In this document: one piece after another, positions 1-8,169 of the stretch
Numbering within the stretch: position 1 is the first letter of the stretch
Layout of the letters: every line of letters begins with the position of its first letter
From: a virus
Direction: 5' to 3' (one strand)
Virus record (IMG/VR): IMGVR_UViG_3300042564_003823
Location: 32,189 to 96,188 of that record
DNA length: 64,000 nucleotides
Made by a program: the position numbers and the translations under genes
Notes under the pieces: model-generated
What the model was told of the DNA's origin: nothing
Seen by the model: only the letters and a program-made list of their open reading frames with translations
The model's database searches: none

Positions 1-3000
1 TATCTACGTACAAATTATCTAATGAACTTTTTTTGAATATAATGTATTCTGTTGCCAAGTTTTTTTGATCAATTTTTGGATTTGTTGTTTGTTTTGTGTT
101 TAAAGCTTCAACTTCCTCAACTGTTTTATATTTAACGTAATTACCGGGTTTACCGTAATCGTTTCTTGTTGTTTGAAATTTTAAATAATATCCATCGGGG
201 TAACTAGGGATATTTGAAACTTCTTTTTTATATGATGTTTCGTTTGAAATGAATTTATTATAAAGTGTTTCATAATCACTTTCACTAAGGGTACTACTTT
301 TTGCCTTATCAGGGTCTAAGGTTGTTCTTTCAAAAGGAACTGATTGATCAAAGAATAAAATTATTTCTTCAAATTTACCTCCCTTTTCTGATTCTTTTTT
401 TATTTCTTCGTTTGCGGTATTAATATCTTGTGATTTATTTTCATTACTTACTGTTTCTATATTAGTTTCAACTTCTTTTTCTTCAGTAACTTTTTCTTTA
501 GGTAATTCATTTGTAACTTGTTGTAGTTCTCTTATTGTTCTAAGAGATGTTGTTGCCTCAAATATGTCACTCAAACTAAATTGTCTATATTTTTTTAACA
601 AGTCTATTGGGTCATATTTTAAACATCCAGCAAAAAATGAATCTATAATTTTAGTGGCATCACTGCTCGTTTCTTTTTCTAACTCTTTTTTTACAATTAT
701 ATTCATTATTGAAGGGTGGTCAACAACAATTTTAAAAGACAAACTACCGGTTCTTTCAGTACTTTTGTAAACATAAAGTGGTTCTGGTCTACCTAAAAAT
801 CTGATTGGTTCCCATTGTGCTTGTGACGTATCGTTAAAAGTTAAGTCATACGGTGGAAACCACATTATTCTTCCTCCATTTGGCCCAATCTCACAAGCAG
901 GTAAATCATCAACAGTAAATCCTTGTCTATTTGAACTTCTCCAAGCTAAGTTTTCTATTGAAAACATGTATTTTTTTGCTCCGATTTTACCTTGATCGTT
1001 TAACCCTATGTTAGTAGAATTAAGTCCGTTTTGTGAACCCATAGGGGCAATATTTAAATTATATGTTTTATCTAAAACAGAGTTATTAAACTTTCTAATA
1101 TTACCGTCTTTTTTCTGAAGTTCATTAAACGTGTAGTATGGTCTATCTTTAGTGAATAGTCTACAATACTCGTACCCTTTTATTGTTGCCGTTTTATCTA
1201 CGGAGTTTGGTGTAGTATAACGAATAACTTTAGAACCTTTGGTCATTTCTAATAACCCGTCTTTGAATACTTTTGAGACTTGGTTTATCGCATTTCCAAC
1301 ATGTTCAGACCTTCTTGATGAATTATTTGCTGCCTGTACTAACTTTTGTGTAACATCAAGTAGAGAACCTTCAGTTAAATCAAAATCTGATGATTTTGTT
1401 TTATTGTATTCAGGACCAAATGACGATCTTTCAAAAACAGTATCTGTACCTGCATTATTAATTTGAAGATTACCTGGACCTACAAATTTACCCGGTTGAT
1501 ATATATTATTATCAGCAACCCAAGTAAATCCACCTTGTATACCGACACTATCATAAAAAGGTTTAGAATAAGTCCCAAAAAGAATATCTGTAACTTTTTG
1601 TCCTTCATATTCTTTAGAGATTTCACTATAACTAAAAACAGGACCTACATTAGCTTTACCGTTTTTCCATTTTGCCAAATCCGTTTTTGGACTAACCGCA
1701 TCTCTTATGAAGTTTTTATTACTACCAATATAATAGTTACCTTGTGGAGCTAACAAATTAGGATTTCTTAGTGATGTTAAAAGGTAATTTGGTCTATAAA
1801 AGTTATAAAATAATTGGTCAAAAAGTAATCCTCTTACCGCATCTGATGTATTTGATAAAAATAATTCTGAAGAAGTATCAATTAGTGGTGAAGCGATTTT
1901 ATTTACTAAATTATTTAATAAATTATTTACCGAACCAATAGGGTTGTCTTGTATTTGACTAATAAAATTTCTATTTGGGTAATCAAAGTATTCTCCTGGA
2001 ATAATTGAATATGGGGAGTACAACCCTGAAAGTCTAGCGGTAAAACTCAATGCACCGGGAGTGTCAATTAATGGTTGAGTTATTTTAAAATCCCTTTGTA
2101 TTATTGGTAAATTATTAGATAAAACACCTAAAGCATCAAATGGGTTAAGATTTGGTTTAACAGAAATACCTCCACTATCCGGTGAAATTGATGAATTACT
2201 TAATGTTGATCTTCCTAATGTTTGTTGTAATAATTCAAATGCAACTCTAGCCTTAAATTCTTTTTGTAATTGTTTAGCTGCAATTTGTGCCAATGTTGAA
2301 TCTTGACTTAATTTACCGTCACTTCCATTTATATTTTCAACATTATCTGTTGTTAAAATACTAACAGGTAAATAATCTGAGGGTATAAATGCAAATGTAC
2401 TATCACTTAATCTATAAGGACTATTAATTGTTTCATTAATGTATGTTACCTCTTCGGGAGTCGTAAACGTACCTTCACCACTATTGTATTTATTTTTTGC
2501 ATAATAAAATGTTTGCGATTCTTCAGTTGTTTTTCCAACAAAAGAACCATATAAATATTCACCTTTATTAGGTTTTTGTTCAACATTATCGTTTGGTGTT
2601 GCTTCTACCGGATTAAATGGTTGGAAGGTATTATTTAATAATATTGTTAGACTTTGTTCGCCAAATATTTCTAAAGGACTATTATCACCTGAACTTTCTG
2701 TTGGAAGGTATTCCCCAAAATTTGTTTGCGTTTGTTGGTCTTTGTTAATATCAACCGTACTCCCATAAGAGCGACCTCCTTTAGTGGCTGGTCCGTATTT
2801 GTTTTTAACATATTGAAAAACTTCTTGTCTTTGTCCAACAGTTTCTAATTCACTTCCTTCAGCATCTTTTTGATTTTTATATTCACCAGTATTAATACCA
2901 AAAGTTTTTATTTCAAAAACAACCGTATCACCATACTGTCCTCCACCTTTTTCAGGTCCATATTTATTTAATACTCTTAAAAATTTTTCTAGTTCGTTTC

Positions 3001-3493
3001 CTTTCTTTTCTAATCCGTTATTAATGGTATCGGAATAACCGTAGTTTCCTTCATTTGCCTTTTTTTGAAAGTTCACATTTGGGGTTACGGTAGTTTTACT
3101 TTGTTGACCTTCAGGTCCGTACTGATTTTGTACAACTAACTCTTTTTCTTTTGTTTTACCAAATATTTCTAAAAATGATTTTTCAGTTTTAGGATACCCA
3201 TAAAATCCTAAGTTTGTTTGTGTCGTTTTATTTAAATTAATATTTACTATTTCGCCAAAACTACCCGATTGTGGTGTATATTTATTTTGACCAATTAAAT
3301 TTGGTTCAATTATTTTTGAAGTTATGTCTAATGGTGTAGAATCAATAACTGAATAATCATTTATAAAAAAATCTTTATTAGTTATTATGTCTGTAGGACT
3401 ATAAAATCCGTCAACTCTGTATGGTTTCAGATTTTTTAATAATAATTTTTTTCTGAAATTTTCAGTAGAATCAAATGATAGTGGACTTTCCAT
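1..3493 (-). CDS. Large baseplate/tail-associated structural protein (partial, runs off the window start; >1160 aa)
   Basis: Not in the ORF track because it has no stop in the window. ATG at 3493 (MESPLSFDSTENFRKKLLLKNL...); frame spot-checked open down to position 2. Contains GPNGGRIMWFPPYDLTF...W...FLGRPEPLYVY..TERTGSLSFKIVVD, a tube-like baseplate/tube-initiator segment. Lies directly downstream of the tape measure gene; TATTTATA upstream. Confidence 0.7.
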   Translation of the reverse strand, partial: MESPLSFDSTENFRKKLLLKNLKPYRVDGFYSPTDIITNKDFFINDYSVIDSTPLDITSKIIEPNLIGQNKYTPQSGSFGEIVNINLNKTTQTNLGFYGYPKTEKSFLEIFGKTKEKELVVQNQYGPEGQQSKTTVTPNVNFQKKANEGNYGYSDTINNGLEKKGNELEKFLRVLNKYGPEKGGGQYGDTVVFEIKTFGINTGEYKNQKDAEGSELETVGQRQEVFQYVKNKYGPATKGGRSYGSTVDINKDQQTQTNFGEYLPTESSGDNSPLEIFGEQSLTILLNNTFQPFNPVEATPNDNVEQKPNKGEYLYGSFVGKTTEESQTFYYAKNKYNSGEGTFTTPEEVTYINETINSPYRLSDSTFAFIPSDYLPVSILTTDNVENINGSDGKLSQDSTLAQIAAKQLQKEFKARVAFELLQQTLGRSTLSNSSISPDSGGISVKPNLNPFDALGVLSNNLPIIQRDFKITQPLIDTPGALSFTARLSGLYSPYSIIPGEYFDYPNRNFISQIQDNPIGSVNNLLNNLVNKIASPLIDTSSELFLSNTSDAVRGLLFDQLFYNFYRPNYLLTSLRNPNLLAPQGNYYIGSNKNFIRDAVSPKTDLAKWKNGKANVGPVFSYSEISKEYEGQKVTDILFGTYSKPFYDSVGIQGGFTWVADNNIYQPGKFVGPGNLQINNAGTDTVFERSSFGPEYNKTKSSDFDLTEGSLLDVTQKLVQAANNSSRRSEHVGNAINQVSKVFKDGLLEMTKGSKVIRYTTPNSVDKTATIKGYEYCRLFTKDRPYYTFNELQKKDGNIRKFNNSVLDKTYNLNIAPMGSQNGLNSTNIGLNDQGKIGAKKYMFSIENLAWRSSNRQGFTVDDLPACEIGPNGGRIMWFPPYDLTFNDTSQAQWEPIRFLGRPEPLYVYKSTERTGSLSFKIVVDHPSIMNIIVKKELEKETSSDATKIIDSFFAGCLKYDPIDLLKKYRQFSLSDIFEATTSLRTIRELQQVTNELPKEKVTEEKEVETNIETVSNENKSQDINTANEEIKKESEKGGKFEEIILFFDQSVPFERTTLDPDKAKSSTLSESDYETLYNKFISNETSYKKEVSNIPSYPDGYYLKFQTTRNDYGKPGNYVKYKTVEEVEALNTKQTTNPKIDQKNLATEYIIFKKSSLDNLYVD

Positions 3494-3506
3494 CTAATGT
3501 TTTATC

Positions 3507-3514
3507 TATAAATA
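3507..3514 (-). promoter_or_regulatory. TATTTATA late-promoter-like motif (representative of ~18 copies, see findings)
   Basis: Recurs on the coding strand just upstream of structural genes in both orientations. Confidence 0.65.
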
Positions 3515-3531
3515 GGTAGTGTAGTATTTTT

Positions 3532-5481
3532 TTACATCATTTGACCTTTTTCAACACTAATATTACTCTTGTTTTGAATAATATTTATAACTCTACTTTT
3601 TAACTCTTCAGTAAAGGATCTATCTTTCATTAAAGCATCGGATAACGTTCCGTTTGAATTAACGTTTATATTAATATTAATATCTCCAGATGCAACAACT
3701 TTTTGTACCACTTCGGAAGACTGTGGTTTTTGATTGGGTATTGACTCTGCCATCATTTTTATAGCATTAGATTCAATACCTGTTTCATTACTGGGTTCTG
3801 ATGACATCATTTCTTTTATTTTGAAATTACTATTGTATGAATTTTTTAATATATCCATATTTTTTAAAAGATCGGGAGCAAACATCGCTTCGTCATCCTT
3901 AATAAAATTAAACATCTGACCTTTACCCATACTTAATACTTTTTTTCCTGTTGAGAAAGTAGCATCTTCTTCTTCCTTCATCTCATCGCCACTTGTTGTT
4001 CCATTTGTCATATCTTCATCTGTGTATGTTTCTCCTCCTTTTCCTTGACCTACTTTTGTCGCATCCTTATCAATTTGGTTTTCAAGATTTTTCCAATCTT
4101 TATCCGCCTTTTTTTCTTGATTTGAGATTCTTTGTTGTGCTTTATCGTTACTTTTACCTATAATATCAATACCTTTTTCTAAATTATTTGCAATTGTATT
4201 TCTTTGGTCTTCGGTTAAGTTTCTTAATAATATATCTCTTATTGCTCTTGCATCGGCATTTAAACTTTCTTGCAGACCCAAACCTTTTGATGCAATATCT
4301 TTTTCTGATAATTCAGCAGTTTTTTGGTATTTTTCTAAAGCCGCTTGAATTTCGTTGGGGCTGTCTTTCATCGCAGCTTCCAAATCATCAATTGGTGCAG
4401 ATAAACCAGGTATATCTAAAGTCATTTTACCACCTTTAAATTCTGTAAGTGACGCTAATAAATCTTTTTGTTCTTGAGGCATACCATCGCCAAATGAAGT
4501 ATCAGAAAGTGCATCCATAACTTCTTTAGCCTTTTTGGCTTCTTTACCCATTTTAACATATTCTTCATATGTAACACCAAGAGCGGTAGCTTGTTCTCTC
4601 AATCTTTGTCTTGATAGGGGGTCAATTTCAATTTTTCCTGTTTCTTTATTTACATTATACGCATTTGCAGATAAATCTATAAGTTGGTTTTGTAGCTCTT
4701 CAACATCATTCATTCCCATATTCATTAATTTGAATGGGCTACCTAAATCACCAATTGCTCCACCTAACATTTGTAAATTAGACGCAACCTCTATTGCCTT
4801 TTCAGGATTTAAAAGATCGTCAGCAAGTTTCATCGCACCTATTTTATCAATATCTGTTCTTAATATTTTTGCTTGTGTTGACATTTTAGCCAAACCTTCT
4901 ATTCCATTTTTAAAACCATACGCATCTAATTTTGAAATATAACCTTGCACCTCATTTAATACGGATTTACTGTCAGCACCTGAAACCCTTGCAATTTTAC
5001 TAATTTTTTGCATGGATTCAATACTTTTAATTTGTGAACCTTCAAACCTCATATACTCAGCAGTCATTTTACCTAATTCTTTAGATTGGATACCTGTGGA
5101 TCTTTCCATTGCAAATAACGCTTCTCCAAATTTTTCACCACTACTTGTGGCTTGATTTGACATAAAAACTACTTTATTCATCCCTTCGGCAAATCCAGCA
5201 ACCGCTTCTGTTATATCTTTAAATGTACCCCCTAACTTAACTACACCTTCATATGATTCAAATAATTGTTCTCTAAATTTGTTAGATTCTAAAACCATCC
5301 CACTATTCATAGTCCTTGATAAAGACCTGGCAGAATCTTCCATTGACGTTATTGATTCTTGTAGATAATTGGGACTACCTAATTTTTCAATAGCGGCATC
5401 TATTTTAGCGGTAATATCATTTAATTTTGTTCCAGTTTGGTCAAACTCATTTAAAGTACCGTCAGAAGTAAATAACATCAT
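3532..5481 (-). CDS. Tape measure-like protein
   Basis: 649 aa, helical and rich in Ala/Gly/Met/Lys; positioned after the tube and chaperone genes in the tail module. Confidence 0.7.
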   Translation of the reverse strand: MMLFTSDGTLNEFDQTGTKLNDITAKIDAAIEKLGSPNYLQESITSMEDSARSLSRTMNSGMVLESNKFREQLFESYEGVVKLGGTFKDITEAVAGFAEGMNKVVFMSNQATSSGEKFGEALFAMERSTGIQSKELGKMTAEYMRFEGSQIKSIESMQKISKIARVSGADSKSVLNEVQGYISKLDAYGFKNGIEGLAKMSTQAKILRTDIDKIGAMKLADDLLNPEKAIEVASNLQMLGGAIGDLGSPFKLMNMGMNDVEELQNQLIDLSANAYNVNKETGKIEIDPLSRQRLREQATALGVTYEEYVKMGKEAKKAKEVMDALSDTSFGDGMPQEQKDLLASLTEFKGGKMTLDIPGLSAPIDDLEAAMKDSPNEIQAALEKYQKTAELSEKDIASKGLGLQESLNADARAIRDILLRNLTEDQRNTIANNLEKGIDIIGKSNDKAQQRISNQEKKADKDWKNLENQIDKDATKVGQGKGGETYTDEDMTNGTTSGDEMKEEEDATFSTGKKVLSMGKGQMFNFIKDDEAMFAPDLLKNMDILKNSYNSNFKIKEMMSSEPSNETGIESNAIKMMAESIPNQKPQSSEVVQKVVASGDINININVNSNGTLSDALMKDRSFTEELKSRVINIIQNKSNISVEKGQMM

Positions 5482-5508
5482 AAACTTTTATATATAAATA
5501 GACATTTA

Positions 5509-5673
5509 TTATTTTTTCTCAAATTCCTTCATTAGTTTGTCTACAAAATATTTTCTTTGGAATGTTGGCATAGTAATTAAATCACCATAGGAAAACCCCG
5601 CATGTTTAATTAAAAAATAAATTTCGTCTAAAAGGTATTTTTGGTAATTAGAAGAAAGGGCGAAAAAATTCAA
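5509..5673 (-). CDS. Small gp51-like / tail-chaperone extension ORF (probably a frameshift product of the upstream gene)
   Basis: +1 frame relative to 5648..6400 reads (L)NFFALSSNYQKYLLDEIYFLIKHAGFSYGDLITMPTFQRKYFVDKLMKEFEKK*. Only a TTG is available as an upstream start. The 'S..D...MP...R' pattern is typical of chaperone extensions and gp51-like proteins. Confidence 0.65.
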   Translation of the reverse strand: MNFFALSSNYQKYLLDEIYFLIKHAGFSYGDLITMPTFQRKYFVDKLMKEFEKK

Positions 5674-6400
5674 CCCCAAAAGAGACATTAACTGTCACTT
5701 CTTCTCCAGACGGGGCTATTACTTTTCTGTTTAGGTCTAATTTTGGTTCACATTCATTAATGAATTTTCTTAGACTTTTGGAATCAACTATTGGCATGTT
5801 AGTTATAAAAGTTGCAATTTTTCCCTTGTCTCTTGTTCCTTCTAGTTCTACAATTTGTGTTTCTAGTCTTTTAGTGATAATAGGTGTTATCATACCTTTT
5901 GGGTAGCTATTCATTATAGAATCAAGCATTTTATCATCACCTATAGTTAATAGCTTAACTTTAATATTTTTTTGTGATTTAGGTAATGTAAATGAAAACA
6001 ATCCTTCAGAATCCGGTTGGTGTTTCATTGGTAAATAATTTACCTCATCAATTAAAAGGGTAACGTCAAAATATTTATCAGTTCTAGGATCTAAAACACT
6101 GATATTGTATTCAGGACCGAAAGAAGTGTTTCTTAAAAATAAAAGAATTGCTTGTGCATCAACATTTAATAATTGTTCTATATTAAACCCAGGCTCATAA
6201 ACCTTACTTCTTAATAATGAATTTACTATGCCATCTTTTCCATAATTTTGGGACATCAATAAATTTTCATCACTTGCGGTAAGATACCCCACTTTTAGTG
6301 ATTCTTTTTTTGATGCGTAAAAGATTCCTTTTGACGGTAATTTTACCACATCATGTGGTAGATTAAAATTCATTTGCCCATATTCTGCTGCTTCATCCAT
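5648..6400 (-). CDS. Baseplate hub / tail assembly chaperone (T4 gp26-like)
   Basis: LPSKG.FY, LTASDENLL, LLFLRNTSFG, C-terminal EFFRP; lies between the tube and tape measure genes. Confidence 0.7.
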   Translation of the reverse strand: MDEAAEYGQMNFNLPHDVVKLPSKGIFYASKKESLKVGYLTASDENLLMSQNYGKDGIVNSLLRSKVYEPGFNIEQLLNVDAQAILLFLRNTSFGPEYNISVLDPRTDKYFDVTLLIDEVNYLPMKHQPDSEGLFSFTLPKSQKNIKVKLLTIGDDKMLDSIMNSYPKGMITPIITKRLETQIVELEGTRDKGKIATFITNMPIVDSKSLRKFINECEPKLDLNRKVIAPSGEEVTVNVSFGVEFFRPFF

Positions 6401-6443
6401 AGTTTTTTATTTAAAAAATAATTAACTATTATTTTATGTAAAT

Positions 6444-6470
6444 AAAAAACCCACCTTATAAAGATGGGTT
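6444..6470 (-). terminator. Rho-independent terminator after the tail tube gene
   Basis: Minus strand AACCCATCTT-TAT-AAGGTGGGTT followed by TTTTATT. Confidence 0.75.
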
Positions 6471-6494
6471 CTTGATTTTTTATGATATTTTTTT

Positions 6495-6983
6495 TTAGTA
6501 AACTAATATACATCTGTCAGGTTGTAATGTCATGTCAACCATAGCCAAATCATCACCACCATAACCAACATCACCAAAAGATGCTTTTGTAATTAGACAC
6601 CCTTGAAGAATCCATTTTTCAACTGCAACTCCTGTTGGGTCTAACATTTCTAAATCAATGTCTTTTTTGTAACCCGCAGCATAACCCATACGACCTGTTA
6701 CAGATTCAGCATGTAAACGAACCCATTCCATTACCGCTTGTGCGGCTGAAGGACCAATAGGGTCTCTTAACTTAACCGTAATTTCGTCCCAGTTAAACTG
6801 ACCTGAAACATATGTTTGTGTGTTAAGGAATTTTATTTCTTTTTTTCCAATAGTTATTGACGGTCTAGATGCACTTTCCACGTACCAAGAGTTGATACCC
6901 AAAGATGAAGGAAACGTCAATATAAACCTGTTCTTTCTTTTTGGTTCATACTGAAAAGGCATTTTCATTAGTAAATCAGCCAT
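6495..6983 (-). CDS. Tail tube protein (T4 gp19-like)
   Basis: 162 aa; YEPKRKNRF, W..ITV.L.DP, YKKDI.LEMLDP.G..VEKWIL.G; downstream of the sheath gene. Confidence 0.88.
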   Translation of the reverse strand: MADLLMKMPFQYEPKRKNRFILTFPSSLGINSWYVESASRPSITIGKKEIKFLNTQTYVSGQFNWDEITVKLRDPIGPSAAQAVMEWVRLHAESVTGRMGYAAGYKKDIDLEMLDPTGVAVEKWILQGCLITKASFGDVGYGGDDLAMVDMTLQPDRCILVY

Positions 6984-7090
6984 GTTTTCTCTTTTTTAAT
7001 TGTTTTATTTATTATATAAATATTGTGTTGTTTATTTTTTTTCTATTTACTTTTTTTCATTTTGAAAATATCTTTATATTAATTCCGGTT

Positions 7091-7969
7091 TTAAAACTCT
7101 TTTTTAATATTTCCTTTAGTTAAATATGTTTTTACTGGACTTTCTTCATATTCACTAGATAAAAATTCTTTCATTTTTTCAATATTTCTTGGGTCGTCAT
7201 CAGAAAACCCAATAGAAGGTATAAGTTCCTGATTATTAACATCATTTTTAAAGAAAGCCTTTTCACCTATTTCTTTTGCCAATTCTTTACAATAAGTAAT
7301 AAAAGTTCTCATCGCTTTGATTTTCCCTTCTTCGGGGTTCGCAGCACTCCCCTCCCCAAAAGTAACGGGGTGAAATTTACACAATTCTAAATATTCATCA
7401 ATTAAATCCTTATCAGTAAAATTTAAATCAATACTCTCCTCAATATTCTTTTCGGATTCTAAATTTCTATATTTTTTTAAGTTCTCCACTAAAGTATTCT
7501 TATTAATACCATTGTGATTAGAAACTATATAATTGTAAGTCGCCTCTTTTAATGTTTCAGGATTATGACCTCTAGCGGTAATTATAGCAAAAATAGAACC
7601 ACCATTTATACACTCAACAAAATCATTCCATGAAGGGCCAGGTGATGCCATCATTGAGTCTATAATAAATCTTTTATCTCCTTCTATTCTAAAATTTCTA
7701 AAAGGGTTTGAAGCGTATCCGACAACAGTTGTTCCTTTATAATTAAAAGGTTCTACACCTAGTTGGTGTCTATGTTCCGCAAAATCCTCAGTAGACATTC
7801 CAACCTCCTCTTCGTTTTCAGTCATCACCATAATTTGTGTTGGCATAAAAACAATGTTGTCGTCCCAATCAAACGCATAGTATTTTGTGTCAGGATTTCC
7901 TTCATCGTCAAATCCCTCATTCAATCTACGTCTGTTTAAAAAATTGTATACGTGTTTTTTAATATTCAT
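7091..7969 (-). CDS. HAD-superfamily phosphatase-like protein with an N-terminal leader
   Basis: HAD motif I FDWDDNI, motif II ITARG, motif IV GFSDDD..N. Confidence 0.6.
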   Translation of the reverse strand: MNIKKHVYNFLNRRRLNEGFDDEGNPDTKYYAFDWDDNIVFMPTQIMVMTENEEEVGMSTEDFAEHRHQLGVEPFNYKGTTVVGYASNPFRNFRIEGDKRFIIDSMMASPGPSWNDFVECINGGSIFAIITARGHNPETLKEATYNYIVSNHNGINKNTLVENLKKYRNLESEKNIEESIDLNFTDKDLIDEYLELCKFHPVTFGEGSAANPEEGKIKAMRTFITYCKELAKEIGEKAFFKNDVNNQELIPSIGFSDDDPRNIEKMKEFLSSEYEESPVKTYLTKGNIKKEF

Positions 7970-8106
7970 TTTTTGTTAATAATTTCTAAAATTTTTTCTA
8001 ATTGACTTTCAGTAATTACAATATTCTGTTTTTTTTGAGAATATGTTTTGTAACTTGGTAAATCGTTACCTACTGATTCTTTGATTAATTTTTTTTTGAT
8101 TTTCAT
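7966..8106 (-). CDS. Small late protein (46 aa) with an 'IVITESQL' motif
   Basis: Read manually: MKIKKKLIKESVGNDLPSYKTYSQKKQNIVITESQLEKILEIINKK*. TGA overlaps the next ATG; TATTTATA upstream at 8119-8126. Confidence 0.65.
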   Translation of the reverse strand: MKIKKKLIKESVGNDLPSYKTYSQKKQNIVITESQLEKILEIINKK

Positions 8107-8131
8107 AATTTTTTATTTTATAAATATATAA

Positions 8132-8153
8132 TGGGGAATATTTCTATCCCCCA
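8132..8153 (-). terminator. Hairpin (GAAA tetraloop) after the sheath gene; terminator or processing/stability element
   Basis: Minus strand TGGGGGATA-GAAA-TATTCCCCA; only a weak U-tract follows. Confidence 0.55.
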
Positions 8154-8169
8154 CTAATTTTATTTTTTA

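Noticed and set aside
564-4942. Short plus-strand ORFs (564, 1239, 1463, 3734, 4188, 4535) and similar antisense or nested ORFs elsewhere (e.g. 8201, 18814, 23375, 26923, 30585, 54003, 60215)
   Set aside because: Shadow frames of longer genes that have clear motifs
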